Assembly: GCA_964016885.1 (NCBI GenBank)
Contig: OZ024741.1
Coordinates: 299,150,001-299,214,000, forward strand
Direction of reading: 5' to 3'
Length of the DNA stretch: 64,000 nt
Origin: Eledone cirrhosa
Lineage: Eukaryota
Part shown: piece by piece, positions 40,491-53,650 of the stretch
How the letters are laid out: each line of letters opens with the position of its first letter
How positions within the stretch are numbered: position 1 is the first letter of the stretch
Notes under the pieces: model-generated
The model's input: the letters and a program-made list of their open reading frames with translations, nothing else
Told to the model about the DNA's origin: nothing
The model's database searches: none
Translations under genes and position numbers: made by a program

Positions 40491-42864
40491 AGGGTCATCC
40501 AGATTATATCTAGATAGAGTATTTTGTAGGGAAATAGATAGGTCTAGCATAGGCTGTCCACAACTCAAGATAGTAAGATACACGGAAAACAAATTCGTGA
40601 TCTGTGTGCTTGACTTAGATAGGCTTCATAGACGAGGACCCGGCTACTGGAAGCTAAACGCGTCCTTACCAGCGCGCAAGGCCTACAGAGACCGGATTAG
40701 CGAACTAGTTAAGCGAGCGTTGACGGGGGCCATCGTCAACAACAAGTGGTGGTTTGCTCTGAAAAGAGCAATTAGAATAGAGTCCATTAGGTTTAATAAG
40801 GCTTTAGCAATAGAGAAAAATAGAGCAGAGGGAGAATTAGTTAGAATATTAGACGAGGCGCTTAGCAAAGGCATCGCGACCGACGTACTTGCGGCGAAAT
40901 TGGCCCTTGACCAATTCTTAAATGCAAAGCACGAAGGCTGCATTGTCAGAGCTAGGGTGCGTGCTCTCAGACACGAGAGGACGAAAGCCGTTCAATGGGC
41001 CCGAGTGGCGGAGGCGCTTCGTGGCAATAAAGCCACCATCCGGTCTTTGGTGGACCACGACATCTGCTCTGTAGTGAGAGTGAACGGTCACCTTTCGGAA
41101 CCGTTCAACATCATGCGCTCGGTCCGCCAAGGATGTCCCCTCTCGTCCCTATTGTACGTATTGACTCTCGAGCCATTACTGCACAAACTGGAGACGTTGA
41201 GGGGGGGGGGGTCCCGCGCTAACTAGAATGCGGAAGATCCGTGTCAGCATATGCGGACGATGTCACCGTAGTGGTGTCGAACGCCAAACACATCGAGGCG
41301 ATCGGCACTCCACTAAGAGAATACGAAGCGGTGACAGGAGCAATGATCAGCCTGGAAAAGTCAGTGGGCCTGCAGCTCGGCACCTGGAGAGGCAGGTCCA
41401 TGCCGTCCAACAGCGTCGTCGGGCGCTGGACGGACGGACCGGTAAAATTGCTAGGGGTCTGGTTCGGTCCAGACCTCCAGACGGACAAAAACTGGGACGA
41501 GGTGACGAGCAGGGTGGCTTCTCTCACCCAGAAATGGGCCGAGAGGAAGCTATCCCTGAAAGGTCGAGCGGAGGTGGCTAACGCGTACATCCCGTCCGTC
41601 ATCTACTACCGCCTGACCGTCGTACCTTGTCCTAAGCCCCGCCTGACTGCGCTGGAGCGTTTGCTCTTTCGCTTCTTGTGGAAGAGACGCGCTCCGATGG
41701 TCAGGCGGTCCATCTGCTGTCAACACCCGCTACGTGGAGGGCTGGGCATGCCGTGGCCGATGATGCGCAGACACGCGCTCAGGCTACGACATCTCCACCT
41801 CTTCCTCGACGGTGATCAGGTGTGGTCGCCGTTTGCTAGACACGTTTTTCCCCAGCTCGTCTCCTTGACGGAGTTGCAGTCCTGGGTCAAGCGAAGATCG
41901 AGAGGGAGCGCCTGGAGATTGGAATGTCTTCAGGCGCTCATAGCCCTCGACCAATCGGGCAATGTGGTCGGTGGAAACTCCACCTTGGCGTTCTATAGGG
42001 GATTAGTGGAGGGTAAGAGCGACGACGTACTTGGAGAAACTCTAGGCGTCGACGAAAATCAACTAGCCAATCTCTTCGGAAGGACTTTCGGGCCGGGGCC
42101 TATGGACAACTTCCAGAAATCCCTGGCCTGGCAGTGCTACCGGGGAGCTTTGCCAGTTCGGGATAAACTCTACAGGCATGGAGGTGCCGTCAGCCAGGCT
42201 TGTCCGAGATGCGCACAGGGCGACGAAACCGTCCTGCACGCAGTCGTCCAGTGTCCGAGCATTGCTGACTTGTGGGTTTATGTCGAACACCTGCTGTCAC
42301 GTGTAGAACGGATCCAGCTATCAGCTGAGTCCATTATGAGGATTGCCCCGCCCTCTTCCTTTAGCCGGGAAGGGCAGGAAGTTTTTATTTGTCTGGTGGC
42401 CATGGCGAAAAAGATAGTATGGTGACACGTTTGAAAGGGCTGAAGACGAGCACTTACCTCTTCGGTGATGCCCTGATTAACTTTTTCAAATTTCATTTGA
42501 AAAGGAAAATCAGGGTAGAGAGGGAAGTGCTCTCTTCCCAGCATTTTGTTGAAAGATGGATGAGAGAAGCAAGTATGGCCCGAATGAATGGGCCTTCTCT
42601 GAGTATGTGTCTGTAAATTAAGGGTGGAAAACTGGGAGAGGGCACTTTCCCTTATGGTCAGGGTCACTGTGGTCTTTTAATGGGCTTTCTCCACAAATGT
42701 CCCTCGGAAGTTTCCCCCCTATTGGGGAATTTTTCCTTGTTATTTTATTACATCCTCTGTTTTTTTACACGCAAAAATGCCCATTTGTACCGTCCTGTAT
42801 TGTACTGTACTGTCCTTAATGTCTACTTTATGTAAACCCTTGTGGTTAATAAAGAAAACATTAC
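40491..42864 (+). mobile_element. Tx1/L1-clade LINE subfamily A, 5'-truncated in the APE domain, with an internal deletion at ~41060
   Basis: Near-identical to the reverse complement of 5089-8052. GYWKLN, RQGCPLS, YADD, zf-RVT; AATAAA at 42848; (TTA)n at 42891-42920. Confidence 0.95.
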
Positions 42865-42889
42865 TGGTAGGAGTTTTATTGGTAGTTCC

Positions 42890-42953
<64 letters not shown>

Positions 42954-42957
42954 TATT

Positions 42958-43011
<54 letters not shown>

Positions 43012-43015
<4 letters not shown>

Positions 43016-43089
43016 TATTGGTGCTCTGAAATAGCGATGTATGCATGAATGTATGTATAGTATATTTGGCAATATACCGAGCACCAATA

Positions 43090-43093
<4 letters not shown>
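43012..43093. repeat. Short fragment related to the 310-bp retrozyme unit, with inverted ends
   Basis: tgctctgaaatagcgat is shared with the array unit; taagtattggtgctc...gagcaccaatactta; (TA)n on both sides. Confidence 0.7.
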
Positions 43094-43160
<67 letters not shown>

Positions 43161-43168
43161 ATATATAT

Positions 43169-43650
43169 ATTGGGTTGGACAGAAAATCCCATCTGTCATT
43201 TAAAAGGAGCTAATTTGGTAGAGTTTTCTTGTAATATTGAAGGTTGCGCATGCTTACAAATATCGGAAGTGACGTTGGTACGCACCATGTACATTTCTCA
43301 TTTTTTTTTTGTTACGGTGTTAAATGGGAAGCAACATGGAGCTATCCCATTCGTTCATTCGTTTCTGTTTAGTTTATGACTTAAATCTGGCTTAAACGCG
43401 GCAGAATCGAGGTCTTTGCATTAACAATGCATTTGGGGCATACGCCAGGGACTGGTTGGCACGCTTCCCTTCCGGTGATTATAGTCTTGAAAATCAACCT
43501 TTCACCGGACGCCCGTCCGGTTTCAATGACGAGCAGCTGCGTGATCAGGTGGAAGCTGACCCACGCCGGACATCGCCTCAACTCCTCGAAGTGTGGGTCA
43601 TCGAAAACAACCATCCACAATCACCTACATGCAATAGGGAAACGATGTAA
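43169..43650 (+). mobile_element. Mariner 5' fragment (second family), degenerate
   Basis: TA|ttgggttggacagaaa TIR-like start; RFPSGDYSLENQPFTGRPSGFNDEQL..VEADPRRT..HNHLHAIGK HTH region. Confidence 0.8.
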
Positions 43651-43680
43651 ATTTTATTCTTATATTTACTGCATTATCCA

Positions 43681-43897
43681 GGGCGGTGGATTGGCAGTAT
43701 CGGTAGAGGGACTCCGCTTTGACGCATAGAGTGACGGTCCTTTATGATCTGTGTTCAATTCCCGCCGAGGTTAACTTTGCCTTTCATCCTTACGGGGTCG
43801 ATAAAATAAAGTACCAGTCACGCACTGGGGTCGATTTAATGGACTTTCCCCTCCCGCAAAAATTGCTGGCCTTGTGCCTATATAAGAAACAATTATT
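43681..43897 (+). mobile_element. Full-length tRNA-derived SINE with (ATT)n tail
   Basis: A-box TGGCAGTATCGG (~43692), B-box GTTCAATTCC (~43753), a conserved central domain and a 3' ggccttgtgcctatataagaaacaattatt. Further copies at ~16015, 27623, 44180, 45410 and 60090. Confidence 0.85.
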
Positions 43898-46800
43898 ACT
43901 GCATTATCCAATGTGTATTTTCGTTTAAAGCTGCGGGAGATTTGGCAGCTCGTTTCTAGTAGGCTTAGCGAATACTGAGAAACGCACTTGTTGGCTCGTA
44001 ATAAATGACTAGGGATGTATGGAAGTATATTTCATTGGCAGTATGCAACCCATACACAATTCTAGCTTTGTGCTAACGTTAGAGTTCAGTAAATTAATAT
44101 ATACTGTATATCAGTATTAGAATTTTTCTTAACAAAGATGCTTTACATACTGATTTCAAATTGGATGAAAAGTAAGGGATCGTCGATTAAAGCGTCCACA
44201 GTACTTGACTGGTACTTTCTTTTATCGACTCCGGAGTGAACAAAAGGGAAAGCTGACTTTAGCAAGATTTGAACTAAAAACTTTAAGAGCCGTAAGTAAA
44301 TGCTCTAAAGCATTCTGTCAAACGCTCTAATGATTCTGTCAACCACCGCCCTCAGATCTAGCATGTAATAAAGTGTAATCTTATTCAGTGCAGTGGAATA
44401 TCTAGGTAGTGATAATGTCATTTCATTTTGAGCATTTTGGAAGATTTCCTTATTCGTGATATTCTATTGCTTTGAAGTTTACACATGGCTTAAATCGATG
44501 TATCTTAGTCATTGCTTTGGACTTGATAAAACAATCCCAATGATAAGTGTGGGCGTAACTAATCTGCAAACACACACGAACGACTTATCTAAACGATGAT
44601 ATGTTGAAATATTTGGTGATAAAAAACTCCATCCGGTTGGCTTCATGATGGCTTAGCTTTCGTTTCTATTTAATTATCGATATAACCCCTTTCAGGCATG
44701 ATATTTGGACATTGGGAGGGGGCCACAACTTCCACAATCATATTACACAACCAACCTTTCAACAACTGTGAGTTTTAGATGAGTGAAATTAAGTTATCTG
44801 TTATCTGTTGATAAAGATTGGCAGAATATATTTCAATCCTGATGTTGTAAGTTAAATATAAAGCATCTACGCAGATAGTGGTAAACACACACTTGCGGGA
44901 ATAGTAATCTATAAACAGCTACAAACATACACACACACATAAACATACACATACATACACACACAAACGTACACACGCATGCAATGTATGCCCATGCATG
45001 CACAACGCAGAAAAACAAAAGGTGGAGTGAAAAAGATGGAGTATCTGGAGCCGGTGAGAAAGTCGAAATGACGGTAAACATGTCATTGATAAGTTTACAG
45101 AATATATGAAAAAAGAGCCTACCGAATTTGGTAAATACCCATTTGCTTATGTAACCAACCGACGAATAGGCTAGTTATCAAATTAATTATTACTAATATA
45201 AGTACACGAAGCGGGAAAATCGAATAGATCGACCGTAATACTTTCCTAGCAATTTATTTTAACCACCCCTAAATGTATGGCAGTTAAAATTGAGCTCTGT
45301 TTTATTTGAACTCAGAACGTAAAGAGCAATAACAAAGCATTTGGTCGACGCTCTCGAGATTCTGCCAATCCTCCTCCCAATATATTGAATTTTAATTTAG
45401 GCACAAAACCAAGGAATTTCTTTCGGGGGATGGGCAAAGTTGAGTAAATCAACTCCAGTGTTTGAATGGTACTTTATGTTATGAATCACCCGAAGGCTGA
45501 AAGACAAAATTAATGTCAACGGGATTTGAACTAAGAACGTTAAAATCCGGGAAGAAAACCTCAAATCATTTTTTTCTTTAAGACTCTTACGGTTTTGCCA
45601 ATCCATCGCTCTCATTGTTACCCGAATTGTAAATAATAAACAAACACTGAAATGAAACTCAACTGCAACATGTCTTATATGGCCACTTGGTCCTATCAAA
45701 ATATAACGACGTCTTTGCTACATACAACCTTCTCTAAGTAGGTTCTCGGAACTGCTTTAGATTCTTTTAACGTAGGATGGAAACAAAACGATACTGTAAA
45801 ACAAAATATAATTATTAAAATTACAATAACCAAACTAGTATTATTCTATTGTAGTAAATAATAGAATAATCGAATTTGTATTATTCTGTAGTTATTGTTG
45901 TTTAGTCGAAATTGACTCTGATGGTACAGGTCATTGATCAAAGCAATACTACTTATGACTATCCTCTTATTATGTGGAGTCATAGTGTACCTTGTGGTAG
46001 ATCATACATTGCATACCTCCTTTATTAAGACGGTATGTCAATACGAGTGCTCGCTTGTATATCGTATCATATTGCTGTTAAATATCGTAACGCAAAATGT
46101 ATGTCCCTTGTCAGATATTACCATGATGAGATTTCTGTCCACATGTTTAGCAATATCAATTCATTTCAACCCCTACAGGGCTCAAGGGAGGTGCAGTCGA
46201 TACACTTCCTATTTTCTCCTCCTAAAATATAGAATATTTTTCATGATACACAGAAACTGTGACCGCGTGATTAAGAATTTCGTTCTCTTTGCAACCATGT
46301 GCTGACCGGATCAACTCTATAGCGCGTTACCTTGGACACTATTCTTCGATTATAACACAAAGCTACATTTATGTGGCCATATCTTCATTATTTGTTGATT
46401 CTTCATTCCAAGACTTATAACTCCATAGGTATAGCATTCCATCGTGATTGATAACTCAAGTCTTAATCTTTCTTGGATGAAATTCAATTCATTACACACA
46501 TTTTCAACAAAAGTGCTTAGTCAAAGGAAGTTACCATATACAGCATTATATAATATTATATGAAGTATTATAATATTAACTATATCTTGTGTTGTGAAAG
46601 CAAATATATTTAACAAATATACACCAGGTGCGTTGCAGTATGTTATATAGGCTATTTCAGTAATATATCAAAATCCTATGCGTGTTAACTTTCGGTTTTA
46701 ATGGATATAAACCTATAAAATAAGCATCAACAAATTACTGGGTCGATAAAATCAATAAATTATATTATTTTCTTATAAAGATCAGACATGTGCCTCTGTA

Positions 46801-47391
46801 ATCCAGCATTATTTAATACTTCAAACCAAACGTTAATCGCGTCAACATCGCTTTATCACCCACTTCAGGAATGTCTAAGGAAAATTTGGTTACGATTATT
46901 GTCTCTCAAACGTAGACTACCGTATAAAAAATTGCCAAATAAAAAAAGATACAAAGAATAGACGCAAAATAAAATTAAAATGGTTTTAAGATACTGCTTT
47001 CAATTATGTCTAACATTTCATCATAGTCAACAATCAGTTACTGAAATTCTTGAAAACTAATCAATTTTGGCTTTTTATTGGGAAATGGAGAACGGCATCA
47101 AATTTCAGATTAGAGAAAATCTGAAGATATAAAGTGATTGCGTATAGGGTGTACTCGGAATAATACTCATGTAATCCTGGCTAATAAAACTGGTGAACAA
47201 AGATTTATCTGTTAGATGAGATATTAGTTACCATAGAAGTTTCAAAGTTTTAAGTATATCAAGATAAGTATAACAATGTAGGAAATGCATATACGTTCAT
47301 AAAGAGATTCTAATAAAAACACACTGACAATACTGACAAACAGACATGAAACTTCTCCATTAATTATAAATTACTTTCTTAAAATGAATAC

Positions 47392-47675
47392 CGCCGGGAT
47401 TTTACCTGTGCACTAGAACACTGCACCGACCTAGAATCAAGCTACTATGATAATACTAACAAACAGGTATATTTAACCTCTCCACGATTGATACATTTCT
47501 TTATTAAAAGGGATATCGCCGGGATTTTACGTGTACAAAAGGACATTGCACTGTCCAAAAATCAGGCTACAATGCTAATACTAACACACAGGTATATATA
47601 ACCTCTCCACTATTGATACATTTCTTTATTAAAAGGGATATCGCCGGGATTCTTCATGTAGTCCTAGAATCAAGT
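47392..47675. repeat. 125-bp tandem duplication (~2.2 copies)
   Basis: cgccgggat at 47392, 47517 and 47642 with colinear sequence between. Confidence 0.85.
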
Positions 47676-50346
47676 GGTTCAGTAGCCAAAAGCCGATTAA
47701 GAAAAAAAAACGATTTATTCCAACGTCAGTAATTTGTGAAGCGCATCGGAGTGATGTGTTAGGTTGTATTACTCATATCTCTGTCTATCTCACTAGACAT
47801 TACCTACGTACCTGGTTCGAATCTCGTCTCTGCTTTATCACGTAGCGTTCACAACTCTATAGGGAATAAACTATGTTGTATTTAAGTTTCCAATGTTCAT
47901 ACCGGAGGTTTCGGATCATTTTTTCTTCTTCTTCTTCTCCCACTTATTCCTGAGGGTGTCATGAAGGTAGAGTAATCAAACCCTTCTCCCAGCGGGTTCT
48001 GTAAGAAGCAACCGTCTCCAAGAGGTCCCGCTGGATCCCCGAGCGAGACGAGGCAACATCAAAGATATTATCCAATTATCTTGCTCGGGGTTTACCTGTG
48101 GGTCTCCTGTCGGTTGTGTTTGCCTTGGCGTATTGTATTCTTCAGCAAAATATTTTATTTCACGTTACCCCAGTCCCTTCATCCTGAAAAAATAAGTTGT
48201 ACCTGTATTCCAAAGGGGTAGTGTAGTGACACACTGCATCACGCTGACTCACCATGAGATTTACGTTAAGAGTACATGTTTCTGTTGAAAGCTCCGCCAT
48301 TTGCTCGTTATTTTCCCGCAAAAGCTTTCCTGTTGTTTAGACAACTGGAATACTCGGAGATTCAACAATATAAATCGTTTGGATGAAAACACGAGGATGG
48401 CTCTTCATGAAAAGTTAGTGTGTCTATATATTTTTTACTGATAATGTTTGGCTATCATGCTTTAAACGATTAAATCAACCGCACTACTTAACTAGTCCTT
48501 ATTTTATAGATAATAGAAAGATGAATTATATCCAGCCGTGGTGGTGTTGGAACTCGTATTGAGGAAATGTAACTCAAAATTATACAACGCAAATTAAAAG
48601 AAATAATGTAACCAAACGGCAGAGAAAACAGCACTGCCTGAGGGACTCATCAGAACCATCGTTATAAATAAGCAATGAGAATCGAAGAACGACAACAGGT
48701 ACAAAGCTGCAGTCAACTTGCTGAGTTCTCTTCAACATCCTTGATCATACAATTACAATATGAAAGAAATAATACCTCATGTGTATGGAAACATTAAACA
48801 ATATGTTTTTAAATTATTAAGCTGAACAAACGAGAAGTGCGGCTATCGAGAATAGATATGTCAGAGAAGTAAAACAAAAGACTATGATATCATAAGTAAA
48901 TAATTAAACAATAAAGAAGTGAATCACGGTGTCTTTGGTATTTATTGCCAAATAAAACATTTCCAAAATACAAGATCTGATAAACAATTGATTAAACATG
49001 ATTTTCAGATCACAAAGGTTTGTGAACATATACTAAGAATAATTATATTTTTATGTTGGTTTGAAAGAAACAGATATATCTATTATTCATCCCACCTGAA
49101 GATGATATATTGTTCAAGTTTCATAGTGGGTAGTATTCTGTCTGTGACATTTTCGGATATATTCATCCCGTGATGTATTGGGGGTTCATTTTATATTAAA
49201 TCTGTATTATTTTATGAAACTCTATGTTCTACTAGTTCATGCAACTCTAATATGTTGTACTATTTTATGTAACTCTAATATGTCGTACTGATTTATATAT
49301 ATCATACACATACGTACACACACACACGTGTGTGTGCGTGTGTGCGTGTGTGGGTGTGCGTGTGTGCGTATGTATGTGTGTGTTTATGTGTGTGTGTGTG
49401 TGTGTGTGTATGTGTGTGTGTGGGGGGTGGGGGGTGAGAGACTATTAAACAGAAATAACAAAGTAGGCCCATCGCCAGTTCTTGCAGTGTTGGATTGAGA
49501 CTGCAAAACATTTTTTGAACAAACCTCTCTACCTAAACCTGAACGTTTGAATAGCCAGAGCTGTTCTAGAGCGGGTACTGATTCGTCTACCAGATATGAT
49601 GGTCAGTTGCGTTATCAGGTGGCTACTGCCAAACGAATAAGCAATGTGGACCAATAGCGATGAAGTACTAGGGGAGATGGAGAAATAGGTGACAGTGTTA
49701 GCGTACAAGAAAATTCTCACAATCCAATGATGTAGCTACGACGAGGCAAGTAAACGCCACCTCTATAAAGCCTTATCTTCGGGTCTGAAAAAAAAATACG
49801 TTAGAGATTGGCGCCAATAGGGTACACTGCAATATACTTAAACAACACCCTCCTTCGCGTGGGGTAAGAAAGAATATATATATATATAACGGCGATGAAT
49901 TAGTTTTGCGAGGTTTTTTATATGAAATTGTGTGTCGAAACAAATATTGTTATACTTGGGGGGGGGGGGGGGTCATATTTGTGTAATATTGCCAGAATTA
50001 ATAACAGAACACACTCACTGTTTGGTTGGTTTTCGCTTTTCGCTTCTGTGTCTTTTATATCGGTAATTAATTCTGGCAATATTACACAAATATGACCCTC
50101 CCCAAGGATAACAATATATATATCGACAGGCGATCGACTTTTTTTTGTCAAATCGGACCGAGGAAACAGTGTTTCCATTGGTCTTTCCAATTGCTAATAC
50201 TATCTATCGGTCGCAACTCCAGGTAGAAGGAGCAACGTGAAATAAAGTGTCTTGCCCAAGGACATAACGCATCGCTTGGTCCGGGAATCGAACTCACAAC
50301 CTCACGATTGCGAATCTAATTCTCTAACCACTCAGCCACGCGCCTC

Positions 50347-50710
<364 letters not shown>

Positions 50711-51629
50711 AAGACGAACTGGTAAACACCGATTGCGTAGGACTTACCTCGCCCTCAAACCCCCTAATGACCCGGGTAGGTAGACTATGACTGCAACATC
50801 CCACTTGCCGAATAAGATAGGGGAAACCCCAGCTTACATAGGTAGATGTACCTCTTTTCTTTTCCTTTCTGTTTTCTTCTTCCCTTTGTCTCCTCCTATC
50901 ACTTTCTTCCACTCCCTAACTCCTTCCTCTTTCACCTACCCCGAGGCAGCCCATGGGGCCTTTGTAGCCTCAGTACCCCCACCCGAGTGAATTAAAGATA
51001 GCATTGGCCGAAAACGCAGTACAAACTAATTATAGCCGCTGTTTTAGACCCCAGAGATTGTGTATTACTTTTTACTACCCAATTCTATAATTTCAAAATT
51101 TTTTATTCTTCTATTCTCAACCTATTTACTACAGCATTGGCCAAAAACGCAACACCAACTAAATATAGCAGCTGTTTTAGACTCTACAGTTTTTCTTTAT
51201 CACTTCTTACTATCCAATTTTATATTTTAATATATTTTTTCTTATTTATTTAGTATCTCCTAATCTCAATTGATTTACCTATTCTATAACGTCCCTTCTC
51301 TATTTTCTCCAGAACCCTTTTTTTACCTCTGGCCTAGTTTCATACTCAATCCTTAGAATTTGCTGTATAGATTTCACTTTCAATGCTTAACCGGCTCCAC
51401 ACACTCCCGCATTGTTCTACAGGCAAGTTCTCTCACCCACTGCTATGATAGACTTAATTGTGTTTACAAGAAATGTTGACCAATCCTCTTGACAACTACA
51501 ATCTTCCCATATAAGGAATACCCCTTTAAAAGTTCGGCTATTTATTTACCACGCTAAACATTCTAATTTAGTCCAGAAATAGCCGTCGAAACGGCTTGAG
51601 ATCTGCCGTCGGTGTCACACATTTTCCTA

Positions 51630-51748
<119 letters not shown>

Positions 51749-53379
51749 TTCGTATCTCCAAAGAAATACGGTTTGAGGAGGCCGTAGCTATGCAAACACC
51801 TCATTTACACAGACGAGAAAACTATATATTCTCGGCTGTCTTCTAGTCCACCAGACGCAAACGGTGGGAAGGATCGTCTTGACAAAGGCTAGTTAAGCCT
51901 GAAATGCATTGTATAAAGCTATGCTTGAAGCGAAATCTTATCTCTCTTCTATATATATATATATATTTATATATATGTGTGTGTGTGTGTATATATGTGT
52001 GTATATAGCATTTATGTTGTGTGGTTTACCAATGGGTAAAACTGGTCATTCCGTTTAGTAAACAGTGATGAAATAGTAAGAAAATCACACTAGGTTATCC
52101 CGTGCAAATAGTACCGTTCATTTTGTGATATATTAAGTATAGATGCAGCATTACAGAATAGTTTCGAAGTTTGCTTTGCTATCATTAGGTCTCGAATTCA
52201 ATCCTGTTACGTGGCATCTTGAATGAGTGTCATTTATTACACTGTCCCGTCGACCGTTGCCTTGTGAGTGAAAAGGGTTGATAGAAACTGTTTGCAAGCC
52301 CTTCGGATAGACTATACACGTAATTCAACAGGTCAGCCCCGACGCATACTGTGTCATGCTAAACCTTCCTGAGAATTTCGTTAAGCGTGCACGTATCTGT
52401 AACATGCACATCAATTTACACATTAATTTTACTAACAAGCTGTTCCGATGGTTGAACAATTGAAGCACTCGTTGTCGGAGATGGTGGTGGTTCAGTATAT
52501 ATATATACTGAACCACCACCACCACGAGTGCTTCAATATATATATACATACATATAAAACTTTTTCATGAAGTCAACCCTAACTTTATTCTTATGGGGTT
52601 TTGAACGTGATCAAATGTGTAAGAAGACACGTTTTTGCATTATGGATACGCTTCATTTGATGATCTTCAAAAGGTTTTCGTCTGTTCCTACATAATTCAC
52701 AAGGTACGGATTGACCCTCAGTAACGACAAATTATATTTGTCAAAGATACCACGCAGTGCATCGAACTCGGTACATAATAACCATTCGGCCACATTACGT
52801 CCACACTACAGAGTAGCAAATTATTACTGTTACTGTTTTTTCTTTATTCAGACATAATGCAGGTGATACTATTTTATGCACTACTGAAAAGATACTACCG
52901 CCTTTTGAAGGAGATTTGGCTACTATGTCTAGCATATTGAGCGATTATCTAGAGGCTCTGCTATTGCTTCGTAGCTTAATGAGATGTATAAGACGGCAGG
53001 TGTGAACTGAATATATTAATATTACCTCTTTGTAACTTCCTCGCGGTGAAATTTAATCACTTCCAAATATAATTAAATTAGTATTAATCATTCAGTAATA
53101 TTAACCACATAATTATTCCTAGTTAAACAGTTTGAATGCTTCCTGCATTAAATTGTTAACAGTAGCTTAAATATTGTTTTCCATACGACTGTAGGGCTCC
53201 CTTAGTAACATTAACAAATACACCAATCAGTGTTCAATTGTTTAGAAATGTTTAGTAATTTTCCTATAACTACGGTCAAGTCTATGCTTCTCTGATAAGG
53301 GCCTAATTTACCCTAAATATGCCGATTGTTTTCTACTATACTGACAGAAATGAGTCTAGCCTCTAAAGTCTGCCTTAAG

Positions 53380-53650
53380 CCAGAAGACTCCTCAGGCCGG
53401 TGTTTATACTTGTTTTGTAGCGTGAAGCGACTGAGATTACAAGACACGTACTTGGACATAACGTCAGTCTATTGCAGGGTTAAACTTCCAGCTATTTCTG
53501 CTGGTACTAATTTTTAGCTCAGTATACTGGAGAGACGTGAAATGAAATGTTTGGCTCAAGAATATAACACTCAACCCGGCCCAGTAATCGAAGTCACGAC
53601 ATTATGATCGTACGTCCAACACACCTTACCACTAGACGACGCACCTCCAC
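53380..53650 (-). mobile_element. tRNA-derived SINE (second family); a related head is at 50225-50349 (-)
   Basis: Minus strand reads gtggaggtgcgtcgtctagtggtaagg..gacttcgattactgg (A/B boxes) followed by a ttgagccaaacatttcatttcac core. Confidence 0.65.

Noticed and set aside
39048-40592. 514-aa ORF as a functional fusion protein or domesticated RT
   Set aside because: The first ~34 aa are antisense Tx1 read-through, the RT N-terminus is missing, the catalytic motif is FMND and the RLE is frameshifted.
47750-47840. tRNA gene (GGTTCGAATCTC B-box)
   Set aside because: No cloverleaf could be built; likely a decayed SINE head.
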